Assembly: GCA_009773755.1 (NCBI GenBank)
Contig: WSZJ01000001.1
Location: forward strand, 17,158-81,157
Source of the DNA: Planctomycetota bacterium
GTDB taxonomy: Bacteria; Planctomycetota; MHYJ01; WSZJ01
Length of the DNA stretch: 64,000 nt
Reading direction: 5' to 3'
In this document: one piece after another, positions 1-8,935 of the stretch
How positions within the stretch are numbered: position 1 is the first letter of the stretch
Layout of the letters: each line of letters opens with the position of its first letter
Made by a program: the position numbers and the translations under genes
The notes under the pieces: generated by a model
Told to the model about the DNA's origin: nothing
Databases searched by the model: none
What the model saw: only the letters and a program-made list of their open reading frames with translations

Positions 1-2827
1 TCGGAACGAGAATCCTCTCGAGGTCGGGCAGGTCCTCGCGGAAATCGCGGAGGTAGCGGACGCGGACGGGATAGCGCTCGCGCCCCTCGACGGTCTGGGT
101 GAGATTCTCGCCGCCGATGGCCACCTCGATGACGTCCTGCACGTCGCGGATGTTCACGCCGTAGCGCGCAATCTTTTCGCGGTCGATCTCAATCTCGATG
201 TACGGCTTGCCAACGATCCGGTCGGCCACGACGTCGGTCGCGCCGGGGACGTGGCGCAGAATCCCCTCCATCTGCAGTCCGATCTGCTCGATCTCCCGCA
301 GGTCGGACCCGTAGATCTTGACGCCCATCATGGCGCGGAAGCCTGTCTGCAGCATGATGAGCCGCGTCTGGATCGGCTGCAGGAACGTCGGGAGCACGCC
401 GGGGATCGCGGACTTCCGCTGGATTTCCTCCAGGATCTCACCTTTTGTGATCGAACGATCCTCCGAGGCGACGAATGCGAGCGGCGCCTTCAGCCAGCCG
501 GGCCACGAAGAGAACCAGCGCTTCACCGGAACGCGCCGCCACTCCGATTCCGGCTTCAGGATCACGACGCTCTCGAACATCCCGATCGGCGCCGGGTCGA
601 GCGCCGATTCCGCGCGCCCGAGTTTTCCGACGACCGACTCCACCTCCGGCACCGTAGCGATCGCCAGGTCCTGCCGGCTGTTCACCTCCACCGCCTGCGA
701 GAGCGAGCCCTGAGGCAGCATCGACGGCATGTACAGAATCGACCCTTCGTCGAGCGGCGGCATGAACTCGCGCCCGATCCCGGCGAGTATCCGCCCCTCG
801 CGCAGCACCTGAAGCCCCTTCCCGGACTCCGCCGCCTTTTCCTCGTCCGTCTGCCGCCGCCAGAGCACGCGGTTCCGGGCGCCTCCCCCCGCACCCTTCA
901 CTTTCTGCCAGCGCAGTTGGCCGGGCTCGAGGCGTGGCCTGGAAGCGGCGACGTTGGCGACCCAGCCGAGGGGGGCGAGCATGACGCCGGCGCCGAGCCA
1001 GACGGTGAGGCCCGCGAAGAGGATCACGGTCGGCAGGGCCAGGAACGCGAGCTTGTGTGCCAGGACGGTGCGAAGCGCGGGCCTGTACAGGCGGGCAATG
1101 CCGCGGGAAACGACGTTCTCCTCGAGCGGGAGAAAGCGTTCTTTGGTCATGCGCACGACCGCGAGGCCCGCAATCACGCCGGCGGCGATCGCGGTCGGCC
1201 AGCCGACGAGGCCGCCGGCAAATCCGCCCCATTCGAGCGCCCATCTGGCACCGATCGCGACCACGAGGCCAAGGCCGCACGCGACCGTCGCCACGCGCCT
1301 GCGCGTCCAGGCGACGGGCTGGAAGAGGAAGTAGCACATGAGGGGCACGACGGTGAGCGCGAGGACGACCGATCCGCCGATCGCGAACGTCTTGGTGTAG
1401 GCCAGGGGCTTGAAGAGTTTTCCTTCCTGCCCCGTGAGCGCGAACACCGGAATGAACGACACCAGCGTGTTGGAGACGGCGGTGACGATCGCGCCGCCGA
1501 CTTCGCGCGCGCCGTCGTACACGTTTTCGAAGTGGCTCCTGCCGGGCAGCGCCGTCGCAATGCGGCGATAGATGTTCTCGGTCATGATGATCCCCATGTC
1601 GCCGACGTCGCCGATGGCGATCGCCAGGCCCGCCAGCGACATGATGTTGGAATCGACTCCGACGGCCCACATGAGGACGAAGGAGAACGCGATGGCGAGC
1701 GGAAATGTGACGAGCGTGGCGGCGGCGCTTCGGAGGTGAAGAAGAAAAATGACGATGATGAGACTGGCGACGGCCATTTCCTCGAAGAGCGTCTCCTTCA
1801 AAGTCGCGATGGTTTGGTTGACGATGTCGGTGCGGTCGTAGAAAGGGACGATGCGGACTTTCGACCTGCGTCCGTCCGCGAGGCGCTTCGAGTCGAGCCC
1901 GGCCTCGAGCGTTTTGACTTTCTCCTTCACGCGCTCGACGACCGCGAGCGGATTTTCGCCGTAGCGCATCAGGACGACGCCACCGACGGCTTCGACGCCG
2001 CCCTTGTCGAGGGAACCCCGGCGAAAATCGGCGCCGAGCGTGACCGTCGCGACATTCCTGACGCAGACAGGCGTGCCGCCCTGCTGGCGGATGACGATGT
2101 TCTCGAGATCGGCGACGGACTTGACGAACCCGACGCCGCGGATGAAGAACTCGATTCCGTTCTTCTCGAGGACCTTCGCGCCCACGTCGACATTGGACTT
2201 CCGGACGGCTTCGTAGATCTCGGGGAGGCTCACGCCGTGCGCGCGCATTTTGTCCGGATGAACGTCGATCTGGTACTGCTTGACGAAGCCGCCGACGGAA
2301 GCGACTTCGGAGACGCCTTCAACGGCGTTGAGCTGGTACCGGACGTACCAGTCCTGGATCGAGCGCAGTTCGGCGAGGTCGAACCCTTCGCCTTCGAGGG
2401 TGTACCAGAAGACCTGTCCGAGCGCGGTGGCATCCGGGCCCAGGACGGGAGAGACGCCTTGGGGAAGGCGCTGCTGCGCGACGTTCATGCGCTCGAGAAC
2501 GCGCGAGCGCGCCCAGTAGTAATCGGTGGCATCGTCGAAGATCACGAAAACCATCGAGAATCCGAATCCGGACATCGAACGGATGGTCTTCACGCCGGGA
2601 GTGCCGGTGAGGCTCGTCGTCAGAACGAAAGTGACCTGGTTGTCTACGTCCTGCGGCGAGCGCCCCGGCCAGTCGGCGAAGACGATGACCTGCTTTTCTC
2701 CGATGTCCGGGATCGCGTCCACAGGCGTGCGTTTGATCGCTTCGTAGCCGCCCCACGCGAGCGCGGCCATCCCGATGAGGACCAGGAAGCGGTGGGTCAG
2801 GCACCAGCGAATGAGGGCATCGACCAT
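1..2827 (-). CDS. cusA: CusA/CzcA-family heavy-metal efflux RND transporter, 5' part only; the gene runs off the window start
   Basis: The minus-strand ATG is at 2827 (plus-strand 'cat' at 2825-2827). My own translation reads MVDALIRWCLTHRFLVLIGMAALAWGG...TPVDAIPDIGEKQVIVFADWPGRSPQDVDNQVTFVLTT...YYWARSRVLE, matching the CusA N-terminus. There is no stop within the window, which is why the ORF track omits it. The gene lies 3 nt downstream of the cusB-like stop. Confidence 0.85.
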   Translation of the reverse strand, partial: MVDALIRWCLTHRFLVLIGMAALAWGGYEAIKRTPVDAIPDIGEKQVIVFADWPGRSPQDVDNQVTFVLTTSLTGTPGVKTIRSMSGFGFSMVFVIFDDATDYYWARSRVLERMNVAQQRLPQGVSPVLGPDATALGQVFWYTLEGEGFDLAELRSIQDWYVRYQLNAVEGVSEVASVGGFVKQYQIDVHPDKMRAHGVSLPEIYEAVRKSNVDVGAKVLEKNGIEFFIRGVGFVKSVADLENIVIRQQGGTPVCVRNVATVTLGADFRRGSLDKGGVEAVGGVVLMRYGENPLAVVERVKEKVKTLEAGLDSKRLADGRRSKVRIVPFYDRTDIVNQTIATLKETLFEEMAVASLIIVIFLLHLRSAAATLVTFPLAIAFSFVLMWAVGVDSNIMSLAGLAIAIGDVGDMGIIMTENIYRRIATALPGRSHFENVYDGAREVGGAIVTAVSNTLVSFIPVFALTGQEGKLFKPLAYTKTFAIGGSVVLALTVVPLMCYFLFQPVAWTRRRVATVACGLGLVVAIGARWALEWGGFAGGLVGWPTAIAAGVIAGLAVVRMTKERFLPLEENVVSRGIARLYRPALRTVLAHKLAFLALPTVILFAGLTVWLGAGVMLAPLGWVANVAASRPRLEPGQLRWQKVKGAGGGARNRVLWRRQTDEEKAAESGKGLQVLREGRILAGIGREFMPPLDEGSILYMPSMLPQGSLSQAVEVNSRQDLAIATVPEVESVVGKLGRAESALDPAPIGMFESVVILKPESEWRRVPVKRWFSSWPGWLKAPLAFVASEDRSITKGEILEEIQRKSAIPGVLPTFLQPIQTRLIMLQTGFRAMMGVKIYGSDLREIEQIGLQMEGILRHVPGATDVVADRIVGKPYIEIEIDREKIARYGVNIRDVQDVIEVAIGGENLTQTVEGRERYPVRVRYLRDFREDLPDLERILVP

Positions 2828-2830
2828 GGA

Positions 2831-4297
2831 TTATTTCCCGTGATCCGAGCCTTCGTGCCCGGGCGGCTTCTCCCCGCCCGGCGGCGATTCCGTCCCCGCG
2901 CCGTGCTTGTGCGGCACGGGCGCCGCGCCGCCGCCGGGATTGAGAAGGCTCGGCAACCCGCGGATCTGGAATTGCGAATCGATCAGGAATCCGCCACGCA
3001 CCGCGACCCGTTCGCCCTCCGCGATCCCGGACATCACCGGAAACCATTCCCCCGATCGCGAACCGACCACGACCTCGCGCTGTTCGAAGCGCCCCGGCGC
3101 GCGCTGCACGTAGGCCAGCTTCCGGGTCCCCGAGTCGAGCACCGCGGTCGCCGGCACGGCGAGCACGCGAAGATCGTCATCCGAAGCCGTCGCGCCGCTT
3201 CCCGGAAACCGCACCAGCGGCATGCTGCATTTCGGGCAACTCCCCGCCGCTTCCGCGATCACCTCCGGGTGCATCGGACAAGTCCACTTCCCCGCCCGGG
3301 CCGTCGGCGCCGGCTTCCCGGACTTCAGCAGCCCCACGCGCAGCGAGGCGCTCACGAACATGCCGGGCTTCAGCAGGCCGTCGGGGTTGGGAAGAGCGAC
3401 GCGGACCCGGATCGTCCGCGTTTCCTCGTTGAGGACCGGGCTCACGAACGTCACCGTCCCGGCGAACGACGTTCCCGGCTGCGACTCGGCGATCGCTTTT
3501 ACTTCCTGCCCGGGCTGGACCCAGCCGATCTCGTACTCGTAAATGTCCAGGTGGACCCAGACGGACCCGAGGTCCGCGAGACGATAGAGCGTGTCGCCGC
3601 GATTGACGTGCGTCCCCTTCACGACCGCCTTTTCGAGAACCGTACCGGCCGCGGGAGCGTGGATGGTGACGAACTCCAGAACCTCCTTCGATTTGAGAAC
3701 TTGTTCTATTTCCTCGGCGCCCATTCCCCAGCGCTCCAGGCGGGACCGCGCCGCCTTCAGGACGTCCGCGGATGCATTGGTTCTCAGCGCGATCAGCAGC
3801 TCGCGCTGGTCGGAAATCAACTCGGGGCTGTACAGCTCGAGCAGGTGATCGCCCTTCGCAACCGGGACGCCCGTGGCATCGACGAAGAGCCGCTCGACCC
3901 ACCCCTCGACGCGCGTCGTGATCGTTGTCAGCGCGGTTTCGTTCGGCTCGACACGGCCGATGGCGCGAATCTCGTGGAAGAGCGGGCGGCGTGAGACCGG
4001 CGCGGTCTCGATGCCGGCCATGGCGATGGCGGCCTCGGAGAGCTGCATGGAAGGTGCGCCGCCCTTATCGCCCTTGTCGTCCTCGATCGGGATGAGCGGC
4101 ATGGAGCAGATCGGGCACTTTCCAGCGTTCGGCAGACGGATCTGCGGGTGCATCGAGCAGGTCCAGATCTGGCCCGTGACCTGCGCCACCGGTTTCTCTT
4201 CCGGCGCCGACCCGTCAGGCGCACAGCCGCGACCGGCGAGAAATACGATCAAGGCGCCGAGCAGTGCTGAAGCGGCGATCACCAAGTTCTTGTTCAT
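2831..4297 (-). CDS. cusB: Efflux RND periplasmic adaptor (membrane fusion protein), CusB-like, with N-terminal and internal CxxC/CSMHP metal-binding motifs
   Basis: A 488-aa ORF with signal/anchor MNKNLVIAASALLGALIVFLAG. It carries two 'TCSMHP...CPxCSMPL' metal-binding motifs typical of CusB-family adaptors, and a beta-barrel/lipoyl-like core (HLLELYSPELISDQRELL...). It sits directly upstream of cusA. Confidence 0.85.
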   Translation of the reverse strand: MNKNLVIAASALLGALIVFLAGRGCAPDGSAPEEKPVAQVTGQIWTCSMHPQIRLPNAGKCPICSMPLIPIEDDKGDKGGAPSMQLSEAAIAMAGIETAPVSRRPLFHEIRAIGRVEPNETALTTITTRVEGWVERLFVDATGVPVAKGDHLLELYSPELISDQRELLIALRTNASADVLKAARSRLERWGMGAEEIEQVLKSKEVLEFVTIHAPAAGTVLEKAVVKGTHVNRGDTLYRLADLGSVWVHLDIYEYEIGWVQPGQEVKAIAESQPGTSFAGTVTFVSPVLNEETRTIRVRVALPNPDGLLKPGMFVSASLRVGLLKSGKPAPTARAGKWTCPMHPEVIAEAAGSCPKCSMPLVRFPGSGATASDDDLRVLAVPATAVLDSGTRKLAYVQRAPGRFEQREVVVGSRSGEWFPVMSGIAEGERVAVRGGFLIDSQFQIRGLPSLLNPGGGAAPVPHKHGAGTESPPGGEKPPGHEGSDHGK

Positions 4298-4320
4298 GGA
4301 ACTCCTCGTTATCGCGGCAA

Positions 4321-4356
4321 CCGCGCGAATTCGCGCAAGTTAGCGCGAATTCGCGC
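4321..4356. promoter_or_regulatory. Two tandem copies of the perfect 14-bp palindrome GCGCGAATTCGCGC in the divergent cusB / ATPase intergenic region; a candidate operator
   Basis: The sequence reads cgcgcgaattcgcgcaagttagcgcgaattcgcgctg. The two palindromes are 20 bp centre-to-centre, about two helical turns. They lie 25-60 nt upstream of the cusB start on the minus strand. Confidence 0.4.
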
Positions 4357-4472
4357 TGTCAATTCAACTTCTGCCATCAAGCCACCACCCTGGACACGCC
4401 CCAGCTCCGTGGAATCTCGCAACAACCGTTCCCTGCCGGCTTCAGGACTTCCGTTTGCGAAGGTATCGCTTC

Positions 4473-5141
4473 ATGAGCACCGCCCCCACTCCCTCCGGTG
4501 TCCCCGCGTGCGGGTGCTGCCACGCGACGCACACCACTCGCCTCGTCGTCCTCACCGGCGGCCCCGGCGCCGGCAAGACCGCGGTCCTCGAAGTCATCCG
4601 CAAGAACTTCTGCGAACACGTCGCCGTCCTTCCCGAAGCCGCGTCCATCCTGTTCGGGGGCGGCTTTCCTCGCCGCAACGGCCTGCCCGCGCGAAAGGCC
4701 GCGCAACGAGCGATTGCGCGCGTCCAGATCGAGCTGGAGCGCCTTCATCTCGAGGAAGGAACGGCTGCGGTCGTCCTGTGCGACCGCGGCGTTCTCGACG
4801 CCCTGGCCTACTGGCCCGGTGACGACGCCGATCTGTGGCGCGATCTCGGCACGACGCGCGAATCCGAACTGCGCCGGTACGCCGCAGTCATCCACCTGCG
4901 CGTCCCGGGAGACGGAGAAGGCTACGGACACTCCAATCCCCTGCGCACCGAATCCGCCGTGCAGGCGGCCGCGATCGACCACCGGATCGCCGCGGCCTGG
5001 AAGGGCCACCCGCGTCTGACCGAGATCGCCACGACCCGGGATTTCCTTGAGAAACTGCGCCGCTCCGTCGAAGCGATCCGCGACGAAGTTCCCGAGTGCT
5101 GCCGGAACCACAGCGTGCCGGAGCTCATTTCGAAGTCCTGA
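4473..5141 (+). CDS. P-loop NTPase (AAA/adenylate-kinase-like ATPase), function unknown
   Basis: A Walker A motif VVLTGGPGAGKTAVL. The ORF track starts at 4455; the ATG at 4473 (MSTAPTPSG) is equally possible. Confidence 0.55.
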   Translation: MSTAPTPSGVPACGCCHATHTTRLVVLTGGPGAGKTAVLEVIRKNFCEHVAVLPEAASILFGGGFPRRNGLPARKAAQRAIARVQIELERLHLEEGTAAVVLCDRGVLDALAYWPGDDADLWRDLGTTRESELRRYAAVIHLRVPGDGEGYGHSNPLRTESAVQAAAIDHRIAAAWKGHPRLTEIATTRDFLEKLRRSVEAIRDEVPECCRNHSVPELISKS

Positions 5142-5245
5142 TCCGCGCGGAATGCTCCGCCGGCAGATTTCGCCAAGTCCGGAACGGGTTCGTTGGAAAT
5201 ACTCACGACGAGCAGAAGGGCGAATCCCTCGGGTTTGGGCGACTC

Positions 5246-5760
5246 TCATTTGTGGTCGTGATCGTGCTTTGTTCCCGGCGACAGCGCCTTCAGCTTCGCG
5301 ACGAGATCGCGCATCTTTGCGGTCGCCGCCTTCGTCTCGTCCGGCTTGCCGGCATCCGCCACTTCGTCGATCTCCCTGAACATCCCCGCCAGCTTTGCGG
5401 CGCTCTCGGCTGCCGACGCCGACTTGTCCGCGGGCCAGCCTTGCGTCTGCTCAGGCATTCCCTTGGCGAGAGTGCAGATGACCTCGGCCTCCCGGTGCAC
5501 CTCATCGAGCTTGCCGGAAGCGATCAACCCGTCGATCGTCTTCAGGCGTTCTTCCATCTGGCCGATGGAATCTTCGAAGCTGTTCGATGAGACCTTCACC
5601 GGCTCTCCGCCGTGGGAGTGCCCCTCATGGCCTTTCTCCCCTTTCGCGGCCGCCGCATCCTTGGGCCCGTGGTTGTGTCCTGCGTGGCCGTCTTCGGACT
5701 TCCCGCAGCCGCCGAGAAGAAGACCGGCCGCGACGATGGCGGCGGTCATGAGCGTCTTCA
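5246..5760 (-). CDS. His-rich periplasmic lipoprotein, putative metal-binding component of the efflux operon
   Basis: The internal start is MKTLMTAAIVAAGLLLGGCGKSEDGHAGHNHGP...HEGHSHGG...KHDHDHK. It has a lipobox LLGGC and His-rich termini. Its stop overlaps the RND gene upstream by a few nt. The 409-aa track ORF's N-terminal part looks non-coding (Arg/Pro-rich). Confidence 0.55.
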
Positions 5761-8700
5761 TTTCAGTTCTCCTGTGTGGGACACAGCCTGGAGAAGCCCC
5801 GGGGGCACTTCTTCCGGCGCGTCGTGGGTTGCGAGGCGTTTTTCGAAGACTTTGCGGCCGAGCAGGTAGAAAAGCGCGGGAGTCACGAACTGGTCGAGGA
5901 GTGTGGAAGAAATCAGGCCGCCGATGACGACGATGGCGAGCGGATGGAGGATTTCCTTGCCGGTTTCGCCCTTCCCGAGCGCGAGCGGAACGAGTCCTAT
6001 ACCCGCGGTGAGCGCGGTCATCAGCACAGGAGCAAGCCGCTCGAGCGACCCGCGGACGATCATCTCCGTGCCGAAAACCTCGCCTTCGTGACGCATGAGA
6101 TGGATGTAGTGCGAGATCATCATGATCCCGTTGCGCATGACGATGCCGGTGAGCGTGATGAAGCCGATGAGCGAAGCGACGGACAGCGTGCGGTCGCCGA
6201 ACCACCATACGGCGAGAACGCCGCCCACGAACGCGAGCGGGAGGTTGACGAGGCACTGAAGCGCGGCGCGCCAGGACCCGAGGGCGCGCGTCAGAAGGAC
6301 GAAGATGGCGAGGAGCGCGAAAACGGAGAGGACGGCGATGCGCGTGGCGGCGGCGCGCCGCGCTTCGAACTGGCCTCCATACTCGATCCGGTACCCCGCC
6401 GGGAGGTCGAGCGCTTTCTCCAGCGCCCGGATGTCCGCGACGACGGAGGTAATGTCCCGCCCGGCCGCGTTGCACTGCACCGCGATGCGCCGCTGGCTCC
6501 CTTCCCGGTTGATCGTGTTCGGACCGCTCGAGCGCGCGACGTCGGCGACCGCGGCAAGCGGAATACGGGCGCCTGAGGGCGTCGTCAGCAGCGCCCGTTC
6601 GATGACGCGCGGGTCGTTGCGCGCTCCCTCGTCAAACCAGACGACCATGTCGATCGAACTGTCGCCCTGCAAAACCTGAGACACCGTTCGCCCCTTCAGC
6701 GCCGTCTCAAGCGCTTCCGCCACGTGCCGCGCGCCAAGGCCGTAGAGTTTGAGCATGTCGCGCCGGATTCGGACGCGGAGCTCGGGGATATTGACCTGCG
6801 GCTCCACCTGGAGGTCCACGACTCCCGGGACTTTCGCCATCCGGTCCGAGAGGCGCGCGGCTCGATCGCGGAGGACGTCGAGGTCGGGTCCAAAAATCTT
6901 CACCGCGAGCTGCGCCTTGACGCCGCTCATCAGGTGATCGATCCGGTGCGAAATCGGCTGCCCGAGGTTGACGACGGCGCCCGTCATGTAGGACAGCCGC
7001 TCGCGAATGTCCGCCATCACCTCGTCGCGCTCACGTCCGGACTGCAGGACGACTTCAATTTCCGAAGAATTCACTCCCTCAGCGTGCTCGTCCATCTCAG
7101 CCCGTCCCGTCCGTCGCGCGGTCGAAACCACTTCGGGAACTTCGTGGAGAAGTGCCTCCGCAACCGCTCCGAGCCGGTTGGATTCCTCAAGTGACGTCCC
7201 GGGCTCGGTGACGACATTGACGGTAAAGGTCCCCTCGTTAAAGGGCGGAAGGAATTCGCCGCCCATCCGGAGGAAAGCCCAGCCCGCAGCAACAACGCCG
7301 AGCGCGGGTGGAATGAGGACGATCAGAGGAAACCGGAGTGACAAGCCCAGGACGCGGCGATCGGCGGCCTTCAGGAAGCGGAGAAGCGCGGGATCGCCGC
7401 GGCGTTCGGTGACGCGGGCTTTTCCGAGAAGCATGTAGGACAGCGCCGGGGTGACGGTCAGGCTGACGAGGAGCGACGCGAGCAGCGCGGTCAGGTAGGC
7501 GTAGCCGACAGGAGCGAACAGGCGTCCTTCGATCCCGGAGAGCGACATGAGGGGGACGAGCGCGGCGGCGATGACGAGGGTCGCATAGACGATCGAGTTG
7601 CGAACTTCGGCGGAAGCGCGGAAGACGACGAGAAGGGGATGCTCCGGGTTTGTTTTTTCGCGGCTCTCGCGCAGCCTGCGAAAGATGTTCTCGACGTCCA
7701 CGATGGAATCATCGACGAGTTCACCGACGGCGACGGCGATGCCGCCGAGCGTCATGGTGTTGATGGACAGGCCGAACGCATGGAACACGAGAACCGTCAG
7801 GACGAGCGAAAGCGGGATCGCGGTCAGGTTGACGACCGATGTGCGCAAGTTCCAGAGGAAGAGGATGAGAATGACGACCACGAGAATCGTGCCGTCCCTC
7901 AGCGCGTCCAGGACGTTGCGGATCGCAGCGTCGATGAAGGACTCCTGGCGGAAGAGGCGGTTGTTCACGCGGACGTCCGGGGGAAGTGATCCCATGAGTC
8001 CATCGAGCGCGGCGTCGATGTCCCTGCTGAGCCGGACGGTGTCGGCCTCCGGCTGTTTCTGGATCGAGAGGATGACGGCGGGTTTCGCGTCGATGGCGCC
8101 GTCGCCGCGCGCGGGCGCCGGGCCCCACGCGACTTCGGCGACGTCCCGGACGAGGACCGCCACAGGCTGGCGATCCGCCACGACCGCTTCACGGACGTCG
8201 TCGAGCGAATCGGCGCGGCCTGTGATGCGGATGAGCGACTCGGTCCCGGGTTCGGCGAGGAAACCGCCTGCGACGCTGGAATTCGAGTCGGCGACGGCGT
8301 CGGAGAGGTCTTCGAGCGTCACGTCGTGGCGGCGGAGTCGTTCGGGGGTGGTAGTGACCTGGATCTGCCGAAGGCCGCCGCCCATGACGGTCACCTGTGA
8401 AATCCCGGGCACGGACAGCAGGCGCGGGCGGACTCTCCATTCGGCGAGCGAACGGATATCGATGGGCCGCGTCGTGCCGTCTTCGGAGAACATCCCGACG
8501 ATCAGGATTTCCCCCATGATGGAGGAGATCGGCGCCATCTCGGGATGCGCCCCCTCGGGCAAGCGGTCGCCAATCTGGGTCAGTTTCTCGCCGACAATCT
8601 GGCGATCCCGGTAGATGTCCGTTCCCCAGTCGAATTCGACCCAGACGATCGACAGCCCCACGCCGCTCGCCGACCGCACGCGCCTCACGCCCGCCGCGCC

Positions 8701-8922
8701 GTTCACCGACGTCTCGATCGGAAACGTCACGAGCCGCTCCACTTCTTCGGGCGCCAGTCCGGGCGCTTCCGTCATGATCGTGACCGTCGGCCGGTCCAGG
8801 TCGGGAAGCACGTCGACCTTCATTCCCGCGGCCGTCCAGGCGCCGTACACCGACGCCACCAGCGCGAGCGCGAGGACAAGCCCGCGATGCGTGAGCGAGA
8901 AGGCGATGAGACGGTTCAGCAC
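5758..8922 (-). CDS. CusA/CzcA-family heavy-metal efflux RND transporter
   Basis: A 1054-aa protein with the typical RND 12-TM layout and large periplasmic loops. It is similar in pattern to the partial CusA at 1-2827 (MLNRLIAFSLTHRGLVLALALV...DVLPDLDRPTVTIMTEAPGLAPEEVERLVTFPIET). Confidence 0.9.
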   Translation of the reverse strand: MLNRLIAFSLTHRGLVLALALVASVYGAWTAAGMKVDVLPDLDRPTVTIMTEAPGLAPEEVERLVTFPIETSVNGAAGVRRVRSASGVGLSIVWVEFDWGTDIYRDRQIVGEKLTQIGDRLPEGAHPEMAPISSIMGEILIVGMFSEDGTTRPIDIRSLAEWRVRPRLLSVPGISQVTVMGGGLRQIQVTTTPERLRRHDVTLEDLSDAVADSNSSVAGGFLAEPGTESLIRITGRADSLDDVREAVVADRQPVAVLVRDVAEVAWGPAPARGDGAIDAKPAVILSIQKQPEADTVRLSRDIDAALDGLMGSLPPDVRVNNRLFRQESFIDAAIRNVLDALRDGTILVVVILILFLWNLRTSVVNLTAIPLSLVLTVLVFHAFGLSINTMTLGGIAVAVGELVDDSIVDVENIFRRLRESREKTNPEHPLLVVFRASAEVRNSIVYATLVIAAALVPLMSLSGIEGRLFAPVGYAYLTALLASLLVSLTVTPALSYMLLGKARVTERRGDPALLRFLKAADRRVLGLSLRFPLIVLIPPALGVVAAGWAFLRMGGEFLPPFNEGTFTVNVVTEPGTSLEESNRLGAVAEALLHEVPEVVSTARRTGRAEMDEHAEGVNSSEIEVVLQSGRERDEVMADIRERLSYMTGAVVNLGQPISHRIDHLMSGVKAQLAVKIFGPDLDVLRDRAARLSDRMAKVPGVVDLQVEPQVNIPELRVRIRRDMLKLYGLGARHVAEALETALKGRTVSQVLQGDSSIDMVVWFDEGARNDPRVIERALLTTPSGARIPLAAVADVARSSGPNTINREGSQRRIAVQCNAAGRDITSVVADIRALEKALDLPAGYRIEYGGQFEARRAAATRIAVLSVFALLAIFVLLTRALGSWRAALQCLVNLPLAFVGGVLAVWWFGDRTLSVASLIGFITLTGIVMRNGIMMISHYIHLMRHEGEVFGTEMIVRGSLERLAPVLMTALTAGIGLVPLALGKGETGKEILHPLAIVVIGGLISSTLLDQFVTPALFYLLGRKVFEKRLATHDAPEEVPPGLLQAVSHTGELK

Positions 8923-8935
8923 CTGGAATTCCCTC

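Noticed and set aside
438-1670. A 410-aa minus-strand ORF inside the cusA region.
   Set aside because: It is in the wrong frame. The true CusA frame (no stop within the window) gives a clean CusA translation, while this ORF is Arg/Gly-rich nonsense.
251-3994. A 1247-aa plus-strand ORF spanning the cusA/cusB region.
   Set aside because: Its translation is low-complexity and Arg/His/Asp/Pro-rich with no motifs. It is antisense to clearly recognisable CusA/CusB genes, a typical high-GC antisense artefact. The same reasoning applies to 14655-16781 +, 31936-33984 +, 35910-38090 -, 39258-41756 +, 41666-43336 +, 46858-50931 +, 53357-55609 +, 21397-23181 - and 27923-29470 -.
4321-4356. An EcoRI-site-containing palindrome as a cloning-vector or linker artefact.
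   Set aside because: It is embedded in native high-GC intergenic DNA with intact flanking genes and is duplicated with a native spacer. No vector sequence is nearby.
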